A DNA stretch of 64,000 nucleotides from a virus. Taxonomy: Duplodnaviria; Caudoviricetes. Shown here piece after piece: positions 10,807 through 21,224 of this stretch. Position 1 is the first letter of the stretch; each line of letters opens with the position of its first letter. The position numbers and the translations under genes are program-made. The stretch lies in IMG/VR virus record IMGVR_UViG_3300037297_000386. One strand, written 5' to 3'. The notes below the pieces were generated by a model, which was given only the letters and a program-made list of their open reading frames with translations, was not told the DNA's origin and ran no database searches.

Positions 10807-13512
10807 TTACGGTAATAGTTGTAACATCGTCAAAATTTTCTGTTTAGAAATTTCTCGCTGTGCCAATGTAGACCCAAAATAAGTTACTTTAACGGCAATG
10901 GCATAATTATATGTATTATTAGAATCTTCAAATATAGCATCAGCAGTGTTTCTAGGACCAAACGTAAAAGGTACAGTAAAATCTCCTGAGTTACCGGTAA
11001 CTTCTCCATACAAAGCCCCATATCCGTCACTTTGCCCTGGTCCATAATATTGCCCGGTCTCGAACAAACGACTAATATCTAACCATTCTGTACTATTGGT
11101 CCCAGTTCCTGGAATTTTAACTTCAATTCTTCCGAATCTGTTCTGATTATTATGCTGTATATCCCAGAATGATATAGGTGATTCTCCATTACTAACGACT
11201 CTCAATTTCCCACTATTTATGGGATATCCCAGTGTAAATAATCTTCTATAAGACAAATCCCCTGTTTTGGTTGAATAATCCATGCTTGCTAAATCAACTT
11301 GATATGGACGTATTCGATGTCTGACATTATAATAATCAGTTTGTGGGTAAATTAGTCCTGGTATATTATATTCTGTATCGGTAAATCTACCACCAACTTG
11401 TAGACTATCTATTGGTAATGGTGACTGATAATCAAAAGAAGATAAATCATCATATCCATCTATAATCATAGTTTTTGTAAAACTTACTGAATCGGCCATG
11501 CGTTTAGATTCATCAGTGAAATACTCTGTGGTATTGGTTGATCTGGTAATAGAATGGCTATTTACTAATATACGATGAATAGATTCTGCACCAAATGCTG
11601 TGTATCCGTCTCCTGGCCCAAATGGATCATTCATTGTACCACTTATATAAGTATGAGTACTAAATCGATCTGACGCAGGATAAAGGCGACGACTTTCATT
11701 TGTAGCTGTTCCATTGATTAAAGTAGTATCATCTACTATATAATATGTTTGGTCACCAAAAGATGGAAGATTACTAGATGACCATTTCATATATCCGTCA
11801 TCAAGCAATTCTGTTACAGCAACGTTAGCCCCCCAGTATCCATCACTAATTCCATTCGGAAAATTGAGTACATTGGTTTCAAATGTCAAAATGTCATTAT
11901 ATTTATACGTTTTATTAAAAACATTATTATCACTTCTCAATTCGAATTCAAATAAATCATCTGCACCATTATAGTATTTTATACCTGATCTCATCGTTGT
12001 CCCATCTATTGATGGGGTATCAGACACAGGGCGCAAATTGATTAATTCTATCCCAGGTCTAGTTGGGCTACTATCAACGTATACATTAGAAAATCTTATC
12101 GGAGAATGGCCATCGTGATCATCTATTACCCATGTAGTATCTGTTGAACTATATAGATCAGTAGAAGCTGGATTACCTGTATAACTAGCGGTTGAATTTT
12201 CTTTAAAATGTAATATCCTATAGCTTGATATATTATCATTAGCTTCAACTTCAGTAATATCATTCGGTGATGATAAAGCTCCGCCAACAACATCATCATT
12301 GGAAATTGGTATTAAATATTTAGCAATCTGTAAACGTGTAAAATCATTTTCAAAATTATCATATGGTTGTTCTCCATCAGAATTTTCGTTTACTGATGAA
12401 TAATCTTTTTTTACTGGATATCTATCATATAATGTTATCGTATCAAAATTTTCTAACGTAGGGGTATAAACTTTTTGTCCTGTTGTACGAGTTGTGTTAT
12501 CAAATGCAGTACCCAAATCCAATACAGCAACTGGGAAAAAGTCGGACACTCCACGCAGTTTTCGTTGTAGTACTAGAGTTCCACGATCTGCCGGAAATAC
12601 CATTCCACCTATCATAGATTGTAATCGGCTGTTGCCAGATATATTGGTTGCCGTTCTTGTAATATATCGCGTAAACTTGAATCCCTCCGATGGAAGAGAA
12701 TAGTATCCATGTACAGATTCAAGGCCATAAATTTCGAAATGTTCTATCAATTCAACACCTTCACCTGGATTTACCAAAGATGTATTATTTCTGGTAACCC
12801 TTATTCTTTTATTCGTATCACTAGAGGTTAAGATCAAAACCTCACCCTGTCCGAGTTCCCATGTAGCATTTCTGACTACAACAGAATTTCCAAATGTAGA
12901 GTCGCCAGGGGCCATCCAGGATAAAGTACTAATACTGGAAGCATGTGCCATCTTTAAATAACCATCGCCATCCGGTGTATTTATACTAACTTCAAAAACA
13001 TGAATACCGCGAATACCAGGATCAACAGAAGACGGTTGAGTTCGTTTTTGAATGGTATCACTAGAAGAAATGTTAAATATAAATTTTGTTCCATATCCAT
13101 CGTAACTTGTTGGAATTCCATCATTGGGAACTTTACTATTATCTTCTCCAATATTGTCTGGTTGTGGCGGTAATAAAGATGACAATTCTTCTAGAGCTTC
13201 CTCTACATCATCGCCAAAGTAATGATCTTCTTCATCTAAGATAGAAATAGCACTTGCATCATGAGCATCTTCGGTGTCAGCAAGATGTGCTAATATAAGA
13301 GCTTTAGCATCTCCAATATTATCAAGCCGCGAAGCGACTGTTGCAAAAGTTCCACTGGGTTGCACTCCTAATTCATATTCGATTTTAATTATCGCATCGC
13401 GCAATCTATTTACATCTGCTGCAACTATTTCATGCACACCATCACGACGCAAAGGCATAGTACCATAGCTGTCTAAATGCTCAGGATATACCGAATATGA
13501 TTCGTTTGCCAT
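10807..13512 (-). CDS. Virion structural protein (baseplate/tail-associated), 901 aa
   Basis: N-terminus resembles 86..3157, contains HDASAIS...DDVEEALEEL, and lies among tail genes. Confidence 0.55.
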   Translation of the reverse strand: MANESYSVYPEHLDSYGTMPLRRDGVHEIVAADVNRLRDAIIKIEYELGVQPSGTFATVASRLDNIGDAKALILAHLADTEDAHDASAISILDEEDHYFGDDVEEALEELSSLLPPQPDNIGEDNSKVPNDGIPTSYDGYGTKFIFNISSSDTIQKRTQPSSVDPGIRGIHVFEVSINTPDGDGYLKMAHASSISTLSWMAPGDSTFGNSVVVRNATWELGQGEVLILTSSDTNKRIRVTRNNTSLVNPGEGVELIEHFEIYGLESVHGYYSLPSEGFKFTRYITRTATNISGNSRLQSMIGGMVFPADRGTLVLQRKLRGVSDFFPVAVLDLGTAFDNTTRTTGQKVYTPTLENFDTITLYDRYPVKKDYSSVNENSDGEQPYDNFENDFTRLQIAKYLIPISNDDVVGGALSSPNDITEVEANDNISSYRILHFKENSTASYTGNPASTDLYSSTDTTWVIDDHDGHSPIRFSNVYVDSSPTRPGIELINLRPVSDTPSIDGTTMRSGIKYYNGADDLFEFELRSDNNVFNKTYKYNDILTFETNVLNFPNGISDGYWGANVAVTELLDDGYMKWSSSNLPSFGDQTYYIVDDTTLINGTATNESRRLYPASDRFSTHTYISGTMNDPFGPGDGYTAFGAESIHRILVNSHSITRSTNTTEYFTDESKRMADSVSFTKTMIIDGYDDLSSFDYQSPLPIDSLQVGGRFTDTEYNIPGLIYPQTDYYNVRHRIRPYQVDLASMDYSTKTGDLSYRRLFTLGYPINSGKLRVVSNGESPISFWDIQHNNQNRFGRIEVKIPGTGTNSTEWLDISRLFETGQYYGPGQSDGYGALYGEVTGNSGDFTVPFTFGPRNTADAIFEDSNNTYNYAIAVKVTYFGSTLAQREISKQKILTMLQLLP

Positions 13513-13541
13513 TTATTATCTCCAGATAAACATATTTACCG

Positions 13542-14921
13542 TTATATTAACGTTTCTATTGGAAATTGGTAGACTACGTCCGTTTTGTCAAGTCTTTTAA
13601 TTCTAAATGATTGTTTTCCAGTTTTTCCAAAAAATAATTTATTTCTGACTACATCTAAACATTCATAACGAAACTCTTCCGTACCATCTTCATTAAACCT
13701 AATTATAATAGATCTATCTTTAATTGTAGGTACATTAATGGTCCAACAATTTGGAATTTCTACTGATTGCCTGGCTCCTTGAGCAGCCATTAATTCCAAA
13801 TCATCTGTATAAGGAGGTATTCTAGCTAAAATAAAACCTTGCGTATTTTGGCTGTATTCTGAGATTGGTCTCGGATTAACATATCTATCATAACCACCAT
13901 CAAACCCAACATTAAAACAGTATGGGCATCTTGTGCGAGGATGTTCTCTTCTCAATCCTTGACATCTACAGCGCTTTCCAGTCCATTTTCGTTTTAATAA
14001 AATTACTGTTTCACCAGTAACCTGTAACATAGCATCCAATCTTGCTAGATTACGATCTTGAAAAAACAGACCTCTTCCGTTATCAAACTCTCCACCTACA
14101 TAGCTTTTAACACATTCTCCACTAAAAGTAGCTTGTAAACTTGGTCTATGATAACTATTATAATCATAACTTGGGAAATCTAATGTATTTTGATCAGATA
14201 CGGATAAGTCTGTTGTCAACAAATCCTGTGATTTTGATCTATATCCATCTTCATCTACATTATATTCACCAATAGCCTCTGTATTACGGGGTGTTCCGTA
14301 TGATTGGTGCCAGGCAGCAGTTTCTTGAAAAATTACAGTATTTTGCTCTTCAACGCCATGCCATAATTTTACTTCGGTTCCTGCAAGATGTGTATCTATA
14401 TATGTAATATAAGCACCCCGTTGTATGTCTTCAACTATAAATGCCGTATCTGTTTTTGTGCTATATTGTAAAATTTCAGTATCAATTAATAGGAACCCTT
14501 TGTTTGGATAACCTTGTGTACTACCAACTTCTACTGTTGCTCCGTATGCATCAATATCTTCCTGTAATATGACAGTATTAGGATATTGATATACATTATT
14601 ACTAATTTGATCTAGATCTTCTATGTCGAACTCTTCTATATCAAACTCAGTCGCTCTAACGGCAAAATAGTATAAATTGCCTGGGTCAACGTTGATCACC
14701 GCCTGTTTATCTCTCGTTATAGCCTGAGGCCAATTATCAAAAACTCCAAAACGAGTGTCAGAATAATATATATTATAATGTATTATGTTGGAAACGTTAT
14801 TTGGAGTTGCTTGGCCCCATGTGAGCTTTAGACCCATCCCGTTGCCAACATCCTCTACAACTCTAAGGCCAACATAAAAATCCCATGTAGGTTTTGGTCT
14901 GCATCCAACCGAACTTGTCAC
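13542..14921 (-). CDS. FN3-domain head-tail connector/neck-like protein, 459 aa
   Basis: N-terminal FN3 signature (LxLxW...YNIYY...YYFAVRA). The C-terminal region has RCxC...CPYCFNVGFDGGY and resembles head-closure proteins. Confidence 0.55.
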   Translation of the reverse strand: MTSSVGCRPKPTWDFYVGLRVVEDVGNGMGLKLTWGQATPNNVSNIIHYNIYYSDTRFGVFDNWPQAITRDKQAVINVDPGNLYYFAVRATEFDIEEFDIEDLDQISNNVYQYPNTVILQEDIDAYGATVEVGSTQGYPNKGFLLIDTEILQYSTKTDTAFIVEDIQRGAYITYIDTHLAGTEVKLWHGVEEQNTVIFQETAAWHQSYGTPRNTEAIGEYNVDEDGYRSKSQDLLTTDLSVSDQNTLDFPSYDYNSYHRPSLQATFSGECVKSYVGGEFDNGRGLFFQDRNLARLDAMLQVTGETVILLKRKWTGKRCRCQGLRREHPRTRCPYCFNVGFDGGYDRYVNPRPISEYSQNTQGFILARIPPYTDDLELMAAQGARQSVEIPNCWTINVPTIKDRSIIIRFNEDGTEEFRYECLDVVRNKLFFGKTGKQSFRIKRLDKTDVVYQFPIETLI

Positions 14922-14933
14922 AATAGGTCCTCG

Positions 14934-15455
14934 TTACTCTTCCATCAGCTCTTTTTTCTTCTTATCACGTTCCGTACCCACCAAATCATGATGGTCCAAC
15001 AGTTTTTCTACATAATCATCTGCTTCCTTTTCAGATTCTTCCCTCTTTTTAAAATTTATTTGAGTTTTAAATGCTTCTTCTTCTGTATCTAGGTCTAAAT
15101 AATCCTTATTTTTATTGTGTTTGCAATTTTGTCCAGTTGATTGTTGTAAATAGTGAACCAACTCATGAATTAAATAATGTGTAGGATCTTTAACATCGCT
15201 ATCATCATCTAACATTTTTTCATTTAAAAATATTTCTCTATTTTTTGTTTTAGCTGATACATCTAAATCGCAGAATTGTACAGAAACATCATCTATGTCA
15301 TCTATTGGGACATCATATTCTTTAAATTTTTTTATAATAGCAGGGTCTTGTTTGGCTTGTTCTTTCATTTCAATTATAAGTTTTTCAATATCTGGGTCCG
15401 ACCTGCTACTTATCTTTTTCAGTGTCAGATGCCTCATAGACAGCTTTTTCATCAT
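14934..15455 (-). CDS. HExxH zinc metalloprotease-like protein, 173 aa
   Basis: HYLIHELVHYLQ motif plus a downstream EEEAF third-ligand region. Confidence 0.7.
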   Translation of the reverse strand: MMKKLSMRHLTLKKISSRSDPDIEKLIIEMKEQAKQDPAIIKKFKEYDVPIDDIDDVSVQFCDLDVSAKTKNREIFLNEKMLDDDSDVKDPTHYLIHELVHYLQQSTGQNCKHNKNKDYLDLDTEEEAFKTQINFKKREESEKEADDYVEKLLDHHDLVGTERDKKKKELMEE

Positions 15456-15642
15456 CTCCCTCTTTTGACATCGAAGATTTCATCATATTCTGTAATTTTA
15501 AACTTTGGTTAAGAACAGCAATTCGTTGTTTAGCAGCAGCAATAGCTGTAGCAAGTCCTAACAGTTCTAATTCTACTTCTTCCTCTGTCGATGGATTACT
15601 GTATCCAACATATTTAATTGACAAACTTTCTAGTTTTTTCAT
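15406..15642 (-). CDS. Hypothetical protein, 78 aa
   Basis: AGGAG SD before the ATG, co-directional, coiled-coil character. Confidence 0.6.
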   Translation of the reverse strand: MKKLESLSIKYVGYSNPSTEEEVELELLGLATAIAAAKQRIAVLNQSLKLQNMMKSSMSKEGDDEKAVYEASDTEKDK

Positions 15643-15654
15643 TTACTTTCTCCT

Positions 15655-16170
15655 TTAGGGTGCTGGCGATGGTACGTCTCCTGTTAACATTTTAATAATA
15701 AGAATTACAAGAGCTATAACTCCTGGAGCAACAACACCAGCTACTTTTAATTTTGCTAGCATTCGTTCACGCCTAAATTCTTTTTCTGTTTTTTGCTCCT
15801 GATCACGTAAAAGTTTTTCATTGTTTATAGCATCTCTTAATTCTTTAATAGATTTATGTACATCATCAGCAAATTTATCAAAATTATTTTCCATATCTTC
15901 TAATGATTTTTCCATTAAAGCTAGACGCGTAATCATAGAACCTTTACCATTTCCTTCGCGTACAATATGTGACAACGACTCAACACTACTGCTTAATGAA
16001 TCTAATTTTACTTTAACTAATACCAAAGAAGAAGCATTATCTTTTATATCACCTAACAAATTTTGCATCAAATTTGTAGCAGATTCTAAACTTTTAGCTA
16101 ATTCTTCGGCCAGCTTGTTATTTTCTGAAACAGTCATCGAGTTCTCCAGCCAAACAAACAATCTCTTCAC
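15655..16170 (-). CDS. Coiled-coil protein with C-terminal transmembrane helix (holin/XhlA-like?)
   Basis: Heptad-rich N-terminus and hydrophobic VAGVVAPGVIALVILIIKML at the C-terminus. Confidence 0.45.
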   Translation of the reverse strand: MKRLFVWLENSMTVSENNKLAEELAKSLESATNLMQNLLGDIKDNASSLVLVKVKLDSLSSSVESLSHIVREGNGKGSMITRLALMEKSLEDMENNFDKFADDVHKSIKELRDAINNEKLLRDQEQKTEKEFRRERMLAKLKVAGVVAPGVIALVILIIKMLTGDVPSPAP

Positions 16171-16327
16171 ATTGCTTTTTTGTCTTATATATCTCTTCTG
16201 GAATTCTTGCTTTTAGTGTCCGATTTAATTGATCAACGTAAGCCTTAAGTATCATCAAAAATTTTTCAAAATTTTTATCATTAGTATCCATTTTTATTCG
16301 AACCTCATGTTTATTTGCCCTATCCAT
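16118..16327 (-). CDS. Hypothetical protein, ~69 aa
   Basis: Start re-assigned to the ATG in a TAATG overlap at 16329-16325 (MDRANKHEV...). Confidence 0.5.
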   Translation of the reverse strand: MDRANKHEVRIKMDTNDKNFEKFLMILKAYVDQLNRTLKARIPEEIYKTKKQCEEIVCLAGELDDCFRK

Positions 16328-16571
16328 TACCCATTTGATACATAAGATGTTTCCATCCAATAACTACCAGTATAAACTAATGTTAATGCTCTACAAACAG
16401 ACACAGTGTGCCCAGCATTCAACACCAAATCATTAAGCTGTATCAGCTCCTAAGTTTAATGCTTCTGTTCTTGCATATGTTCTGTTATCTGTCCCAGAGC
16501 TTAGTTGCAGTGGGCGTGGATATATCTATCTCCAAGTTTCATGCGAGAAACTTTTTCCAGTTAATATCCAT
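16327..16571 (-). pseudogene. Decayed small gene resembling a tail-fibre C-terminal segment
   Basis: Bounded by TGATG and TAATG coupling signals but broken by frameshifts/stops. The last frame reads DLVLNAGHTVSVCRALTLVYTGSYWMETSYVSNG*. Confidence 0.3.
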
Positions 16572-16810
16572 CAGTCTGGTGTCCAGGTTCCTGCAAAACT
16601 AAAGGTCGCTGTTATCGCTGTTGTTGTCTCACCCATTACTAAGCTAACAACAGTCCCAACTTCAACTTCTCCCGAGCCAGGAGTTAATCCTAACTCATCT
16701 TCCGCAGCTGACATAAGAAAGCTCTTTACTTTGTCCCAAAAATCTTCGACATTTGGATTTGTATTGTTAACTTCTGTTGATACTGTTACTGATACAACTT
16801 GTGTTGACAT
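16571..16810 (-). CDS. Hypothetical protein, 79 aa
   Basis: GGGAG SD, co-directional, beta-rich. Confidence 0.65.
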   Translation of the reverse strand: MSTQVVSVTVSTEVNNTNPNVEDFWDKVKSFLMSAAEDELGLTPGSGEVEVGTVVSLVMGETTTAITATFSFAGTWTPD

Positions 16811-16835
16811 TTGTTTCTCCCTTCCCCTTTTTTAT

Positions 16836-18068
16836 TTAAGGACTCCAGTACAAAATACCAATCGTACATTCGCCTGCAGAAACCGAAGTCCAGTCATTAT
16901 CAACTGTTATGGTGACAGTTACTGTTTTAGCTGCATCGTGCCATTTCGTTCCGCTAGGGTCACCCATATCTACGCCCGAAGCATTAGAAGTATATACATC
17001 TGGTGTGCCTGTATTGTATCTATCTACAACTGTACCATCACCTACTTGTATCGTTGCTGTAGAGTTAACTCCACCAGTAAAGCCAGTAAGTGTATGAAGA
17101 ATACACGCAACGACCACTGCGCCATCAGGTATTTGTTCATCTAAGTCTAATGTTCCTACAACTCCTCCACCGTCTGTAAAATCATCGTAGGCTATTGTTT
17201 GATTCACACAGCCAAGACCTGCGCCGTTGCCACCTAAAGCGAGGCGGTTCCAGGTCCACCGCGAATCTTGAGTGCTATCTGTTGCTGGATTTTCGCTTGA
17301 CTTCAATATAATCGTAGGGTCATCTGGTACAGAATAACCATAATTATATTCGTAATACGTCTGACTTCCGACAAGTAAGTGATTCGAACTAGGATGTAGG
17401 AAGAATCCGCCTGGATATGGTGAATATTCTGTAGAAAGGACAAGCCACATTCCCTCAGGACCAACGTATAGTAACTTATTTCTGGTCATGGTTAAATGAT
17501 TATAGAAACCTGTAGCGCTATAGAAAAGGGCATAATCATCAAAACTTGCAACCCCATCAACTTCTAACTTTCCGCCAATAAGTACATCTTCAGTAGTAAG
17601 TGAACGACTTGTAACCGCAGATTTTCCAAGGTTTAATGGTCCTGCGCCGTCAAAAATACGTCCATCTATTCTTAGATTTAATGCACCAGCACTTTCATCA
17701 GTAAGAGTTAACTGACCATCAGTAGTAGTATCAAAGATTACTCCTTGGTCGCCAGCGCTGTTGGATATTATTAGTTTACCTTCGGAATCGGATGTAAGCC
17801 ATGTATCATGTAATTTAACACCAGTCCCGCCAATCTCTAATCTGTTTGTTTCACGGTTCCACTTTAGGTCATTGTCACCAGCTATAGTGGGAGTGCCTGT
17901 GAAGAAAGCAACGTAACCATCGGCACCATAACCAGATATATTGCCATAACCATCTAAACCTTTTAATATATCCTGTATTGCCTCAGAATGTTGACTGTAA
18001 TGTTCAGACACTGTTGTATCTAAAACATTACTAGAAGATCCTGTAACAATTTTAATAAATCCAGACAT
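16836..18068 (-). CDS. Virion fibre/spike-like structural protein, 410 aa
   Basis: Gly/Thr-rich beta-strand fibre-like repeats (YVAFFTG...IAGDNDLKW) and a C-terminal jelly-roll-like domain (IPDGAVVV...TIQVGD...AGECTIGILY). Confidence 0.55.
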   Translation of the reverse strand: MSGFIKIVTGSSSNVLDTTVSEHYSQHSEAIQDILKGLDGYGNISGYGADGYVAFFTGTPTIAGDNDLKWNRETNRLEIGGTGVKLHDTWLTSDSEGKLIISNSAGDQGVIFDTTTDGQLTLTDESAGALNLRIDGRIFDGAGPLNLGKSAVTSRSLTTEDVLIGGKLEVDGVASFDDYALFYSATGFYNHLTMTRNKLLYVGPEGMWLVLSTEYSPYPGGFFLHPSSNHLLVGSQTYYEYNYGYSVPDDPTIILKSSENPATDSTQDSRWTWNRLALGGNGAGLGCVNQTIAYDDFTDGGGVVGTLDLDEQIPDGAVVVACILHTLTGFTGGVNSTATIQVGDGTVVDRYNTGTPDVYTSNASGVDMGDPSGTKWHDAAKTVTVTITVDNDWTSVSAGECTIGILYWSP

Positions 18069-18080
18069 TGTATTTCTCCA

Positions 18081-18380
18081 TTATCCCCATACTTCCACTC
18101 TTACAATGCAACTTGTGCCGTTAGAAGAAAGTCTCAACCATATTTTACACTCATGTCTATTATCAAACACAATTCCCGCCGATGGAAGATCAGGATCTAA
18201 TGTACCATGTACATTAACACCATCAAAACTATATTCTATAATTCTACCAGATGTAGTATTCTCATTTAACAAAGCTATACCAGCACTATTAAAACCCCAA
18301 GATAATTCGACATCTTCGAACCACACGGATGAGACTGTCACTCTTTCAAAAAAGTTATATTTACTCATCAAGCTCTCCAA
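18081..18380 (-). CDS. Small beta-rich hypothetical (probably structural) protein
   Basis: Clean 99-aa ORF in the structural operon; the true start may be the ATG four codons in. Confidence 0.6.
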   Translation of the reverse strand: MESLMSKYNFFERVTVSSVWFEDVELSWGFNSAGIALLNENTTSGRIIEYSFDGVNVHGTLDPDLPSAGIVFDNRHECKIWLRLSSNGTSCIVRVEVWG

Positions 18381-18477
18381 ACACTATATTATATTTTCTA
18401 TTTAATTTTATAGTCTCGTCTTAATATAGGAAATTAGCTGTAGATTTTTCGACCAAATTTCCTCCGTACTCAAGAAT

Positions 18478-18606
18478 ATATAGTTCCCTAAAATATGGTC
18501 ATTTGTGACCAATAAGTTCTTGGGTAGAGGAGACTATAGGCTTCCTCCTTGAAACATTCCAATAGAAATCTTTCCTATTCCGATGTTCCAATCGTTGCTT
18601 CTGGCT
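18478..18606 (-). repeat. Copy A of a 129-bp inverted repeat / putative structured RNA
   Basis: Reverse complement of 22667-22795 with 8 mismatches, all inside one 19-nt hairpin window; the other 110 nt are identical. Confidence 0.9.
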
Positions 18607-18678
18607 GATTACAAATTATTTATAGAAACCATAAATACTTAATATTACTCATAATATTCTCCTCAAATGTTTTTTCGA

Positions 18679-19530
18679 TTATGACAAGTTAATTGTTTGG
18701 CTTGAATATTTATTATAAATCTTCATAAATCTATCATACTTTCTTTCTAAAAATAAATCAGAATCATTATATAATATATTAAATAAATTTATATTCTTAA
18801 CTATTCCATTAACGGCCACATGGTATATTTTAGAACCATTTCTGTTTATATTATATACTTTGGCATCTATCCCTATCTTATTATATAACGACAATAAATC
18901 GTATGAAAAACCATTGCTTGTTGTAAATATAGTAGTTCGCGGCTTTTTTACTTGAACTGTTCCGTCGCCATCTATAACCCCTCGAAGAAAATCACCAATA
19001 CAGTTATCTGGAATCTTTGGGCACCTAAGTGTTTTAGTCTTTCTTAAAGTCATATTCAAGTTCATTAAATCTTTACATATTTCTTGATTTCTAATAACCA
19101 AACGTGACATATTTTTATTCTCATATATTATATAATTACTGTTCATCTTGTCATTTATTTTTTCAAGTATATATTTATCATCATGTTTAAGTCCCAATGA
19201 TAATATATAATAATCCCTATTCTTACGTTTTGATATACATCCATCAGTTAACAAAAGTCCCAGTATATATGCATTTTCTCTGGTCACAGCGGAAAAATAT
19301 TTAGAGTTAATATTATATTTTTTTGTTTTCCCTGTATTAGATTTCTTATGTAAATAACTTATTATGCTTTCATCTCTCCGTATTTTTAATACTTTATTAC
19401 CATATTGATATATTGCACTCCACTTTCTTCCTAACATTTTTTCTGCTTCTAATGGCATAACTGAAGCAAAATGGCTTTTCATATACTTGGTTTCGTCTTC
19501 AGACCATTTACGTTTCATTAACAGCCACAT
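18679..19530 (-). CDS. LAGLIDADG homing endonuclease, 283 aa
   Basis: AYILGLLLTDGCI and DFLRGVIDGDGTV motifs, with an N-terminal helical DNA-binding-like repeat. Confidence 0.9.
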   Translation of the reverse strand: MWLLMKRKWSEDETKYMKSHFASVMPLEAEKMLGRKWSAIYQYGNKVLKIRRDESIISYLHKKSNTGKTKKYNINSKYFSAVTRENAYILGLLLTDGCISKRKNRDYYILSLGLKHDDKYILEKINDKMNSNYIIYENKNMSRLVIRNQEICKDLMNLNMTLRKTKTLRCPKIPDNCIGDFLRGVIDGDGTVQVKKPRTTIFTTSNGFSYDLLSLYNKIGIDAKVYNINRNGSKIYHVAVNGIVKNINLFNILYNDSDLFLERKYDRFMKIYNKYSSQTINLS

Positions 19531-19540
19531 CCTAATATTA

Positions 19541-20425
19541 TCATATTATCCGACGTTCTCTCAAATGTCGGAGGCGCAAATATGCTGGACTTATTGCTGT
19601 AACGCGAAATGTGCCGAGACCAAGAGGGTTTGGTTTAAGTGAACATTTTATCATTTTCAATTTTTCTTTATAATCCTGCAGTTGTGTACTATATTGCGTA
19701 TTTAATATTTCAGACACAGCTGGCGGCTGATAGGTTACGCCATTGTCTGTTATATTAAACTCCCGACCTTTTTCAATAAGCGCCTGAGCGGCAAGGGCCA
19801 ACAAAACAGCACCTTGTACAACTACTTCAGCAAATATTTCGTATATTTGTGGATCAGAAAATTTAAATTGACTAAAATGAGGATATTGGTTGAAACTCGA
19901 TAGACTATTTACTAAAAAACAAATAAGTTCAGTGTCCGTAAATATAGAACAGGGTACATCAACATATTCATTACCGTCTCTTACTTTTCGGGTTCCATCA
20001 TTTTTGACTCTACATTTTACCATTTTCAAAAGTATATTAATCCCATAAACTTCTTCTTTAGTAAAATTCCATGGCACCGGATCTCCAGGTGAAAAAATTG
20101 GTAAATCACTTTCTATAACATCACCAGAAGATATAACCATAAATTCGAAAGTATTCTCTACCTCAGTACCACCAATCTCAGCGACCCACCTGTGATACCA
20201 ATATCCATCCGGCGCATTCTCTGGAATATCATAATTTAAATAATATAATCCATCTTGGTTATCTGAAATCAAACCAACGCCAATATTAGACAACCTTCTT
20301 TGTATTGTTTCAGTAGAATCGTAAATCTCCACCTGAGGTGTATCATCAGCATTAACTGGGTTACCAACTGAATCTACAAATCTCACGTAAAGATCTACAT
20401 CTCTACCACGAATTCCGATGGCCAT
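19541..20425 (-). CDS. Neck/head-tail adaptor protein with N-terminal Ig-like domain, 294 aa
   Basis: N-terminal Ig-like strands (GLYYLNYDIP...GYWYHRW) and a helical C-terminal adaptor-like region (FTDTELICFL...ITDNGVTY). Confidence 0.55.
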   Translation of the reverse strand: MAIGIRGRDVDLYVRFVDSVGNPVNADDTPQVEIYDSTETIQRRLSNIGVGLISDNQDGLYYLNYDIPENAPDGYWYHRWVAEIGGTEVENTFEFMVISSGDVIESDLPIFSPGDPVPWNFTKEEVYGINILLKMVKCRVKNDGTRKVRDGNEYVDVPCSIFTDTELICFLVNSLSSFNQYPHFSQFKFSDPQIYEIFAEVVVQGAVLLALAAQALIEKGREFNITDNGVTYQPPAVSEILNTQYSTQLQDYKEKLKMIKCSLKPNPLGLGTFRVTAISPAYLRLRHLRERRII

Positions 20426-20447
20426 ACAATGTGCCTCCAGCTAGAAT

Positions 20448-21221
20448 TTATTTTTCTTTGCTAGATTTTGGTCTTTTTATAACAACATTTTTATTTTCTT
20501 TTGGTTTATCTTCCTCTCTAATTTCCATAATCACTGAACCATCTTGCGTCTTAACTGCAACTTCATCAACAGATTTTATTTCTTCCTGTACTTCTTGATG
20601 ATTTTTATTATCCGCAATATCGGGGTCGATCACTGTAAACGGCTTTTCTGCAGTTACTACTGAAGATTTTGCAATAGGCCCAATAGGATTTACCATTGCT
20701 TCACGCGTGACTTTCATTACTACCTGTGACTGTTGAGATGTTCCATATTCGATCTCTGGTTTTAAAACAGCATCATCTTTTAATTTTTCTTCTTTTTCCG
20801 ATTTTGTGTTTGTCACTACGGAACCGTTTTCTTGTTTTTCATGTATAACCGGATTAAGATCACCTATACCATAATCAGCAAAATCAAAAACATCATCTTC
20901 ATTCCCACCATCAAAATTTGTCTCGATTACCACAGAGGTCTTAGTTTTTTTTGCATGAACAGTACCATCACTTTGTTTAATACGATTCAAATCTGGCGGA
21001 ACAGGATTAACTTGTTTACGCACAACATGTAATGTGTTAGAATCAAGTCGTCTACGCAAAGATCCATTTTTTATAGACAGATTGACTTGTGCAACAGTTA
21101 TATATGGATTAACCTTATACACATTAACAGTTTTTCCGGCTCGAACTTTAACACCCAAATCACTCAAACTAACATCCGAAGTACCTGGATTGCGCAACCA
21201 TAATTCTTTATTGTCTATCAT
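20448..21221 (-). CDS. Hypothetical protein, 257 aa
   Basis: GGAGG SD, co-directional ORF. Confidence 0.7.
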   Translation of the reverse strand: MIDNKELWLRNPGTSDVSLSDLGVKVRAGKTVNVYKVNPYITVAQVNLSIKNGSLRRRLDSNTLHVVRKQVNPVPPDLNRIKQSDGTVHAKKTKTSVVIETNFDGGNEDDVFDFADYGIGDLNPVIHEKQENGSVVTNTKSEKEEKLKDDAVLKPEIEYGTSQQSQVVMKVTREAMVNPIGPIAKSSVVTAEKPFTVIDPDIADNKNHQEVQEEIKSVDEVAVKTQDGSVIMEIREEDKPKENKNVVIKRPKSSKEK

Positions 21222-21224
21222 ATC

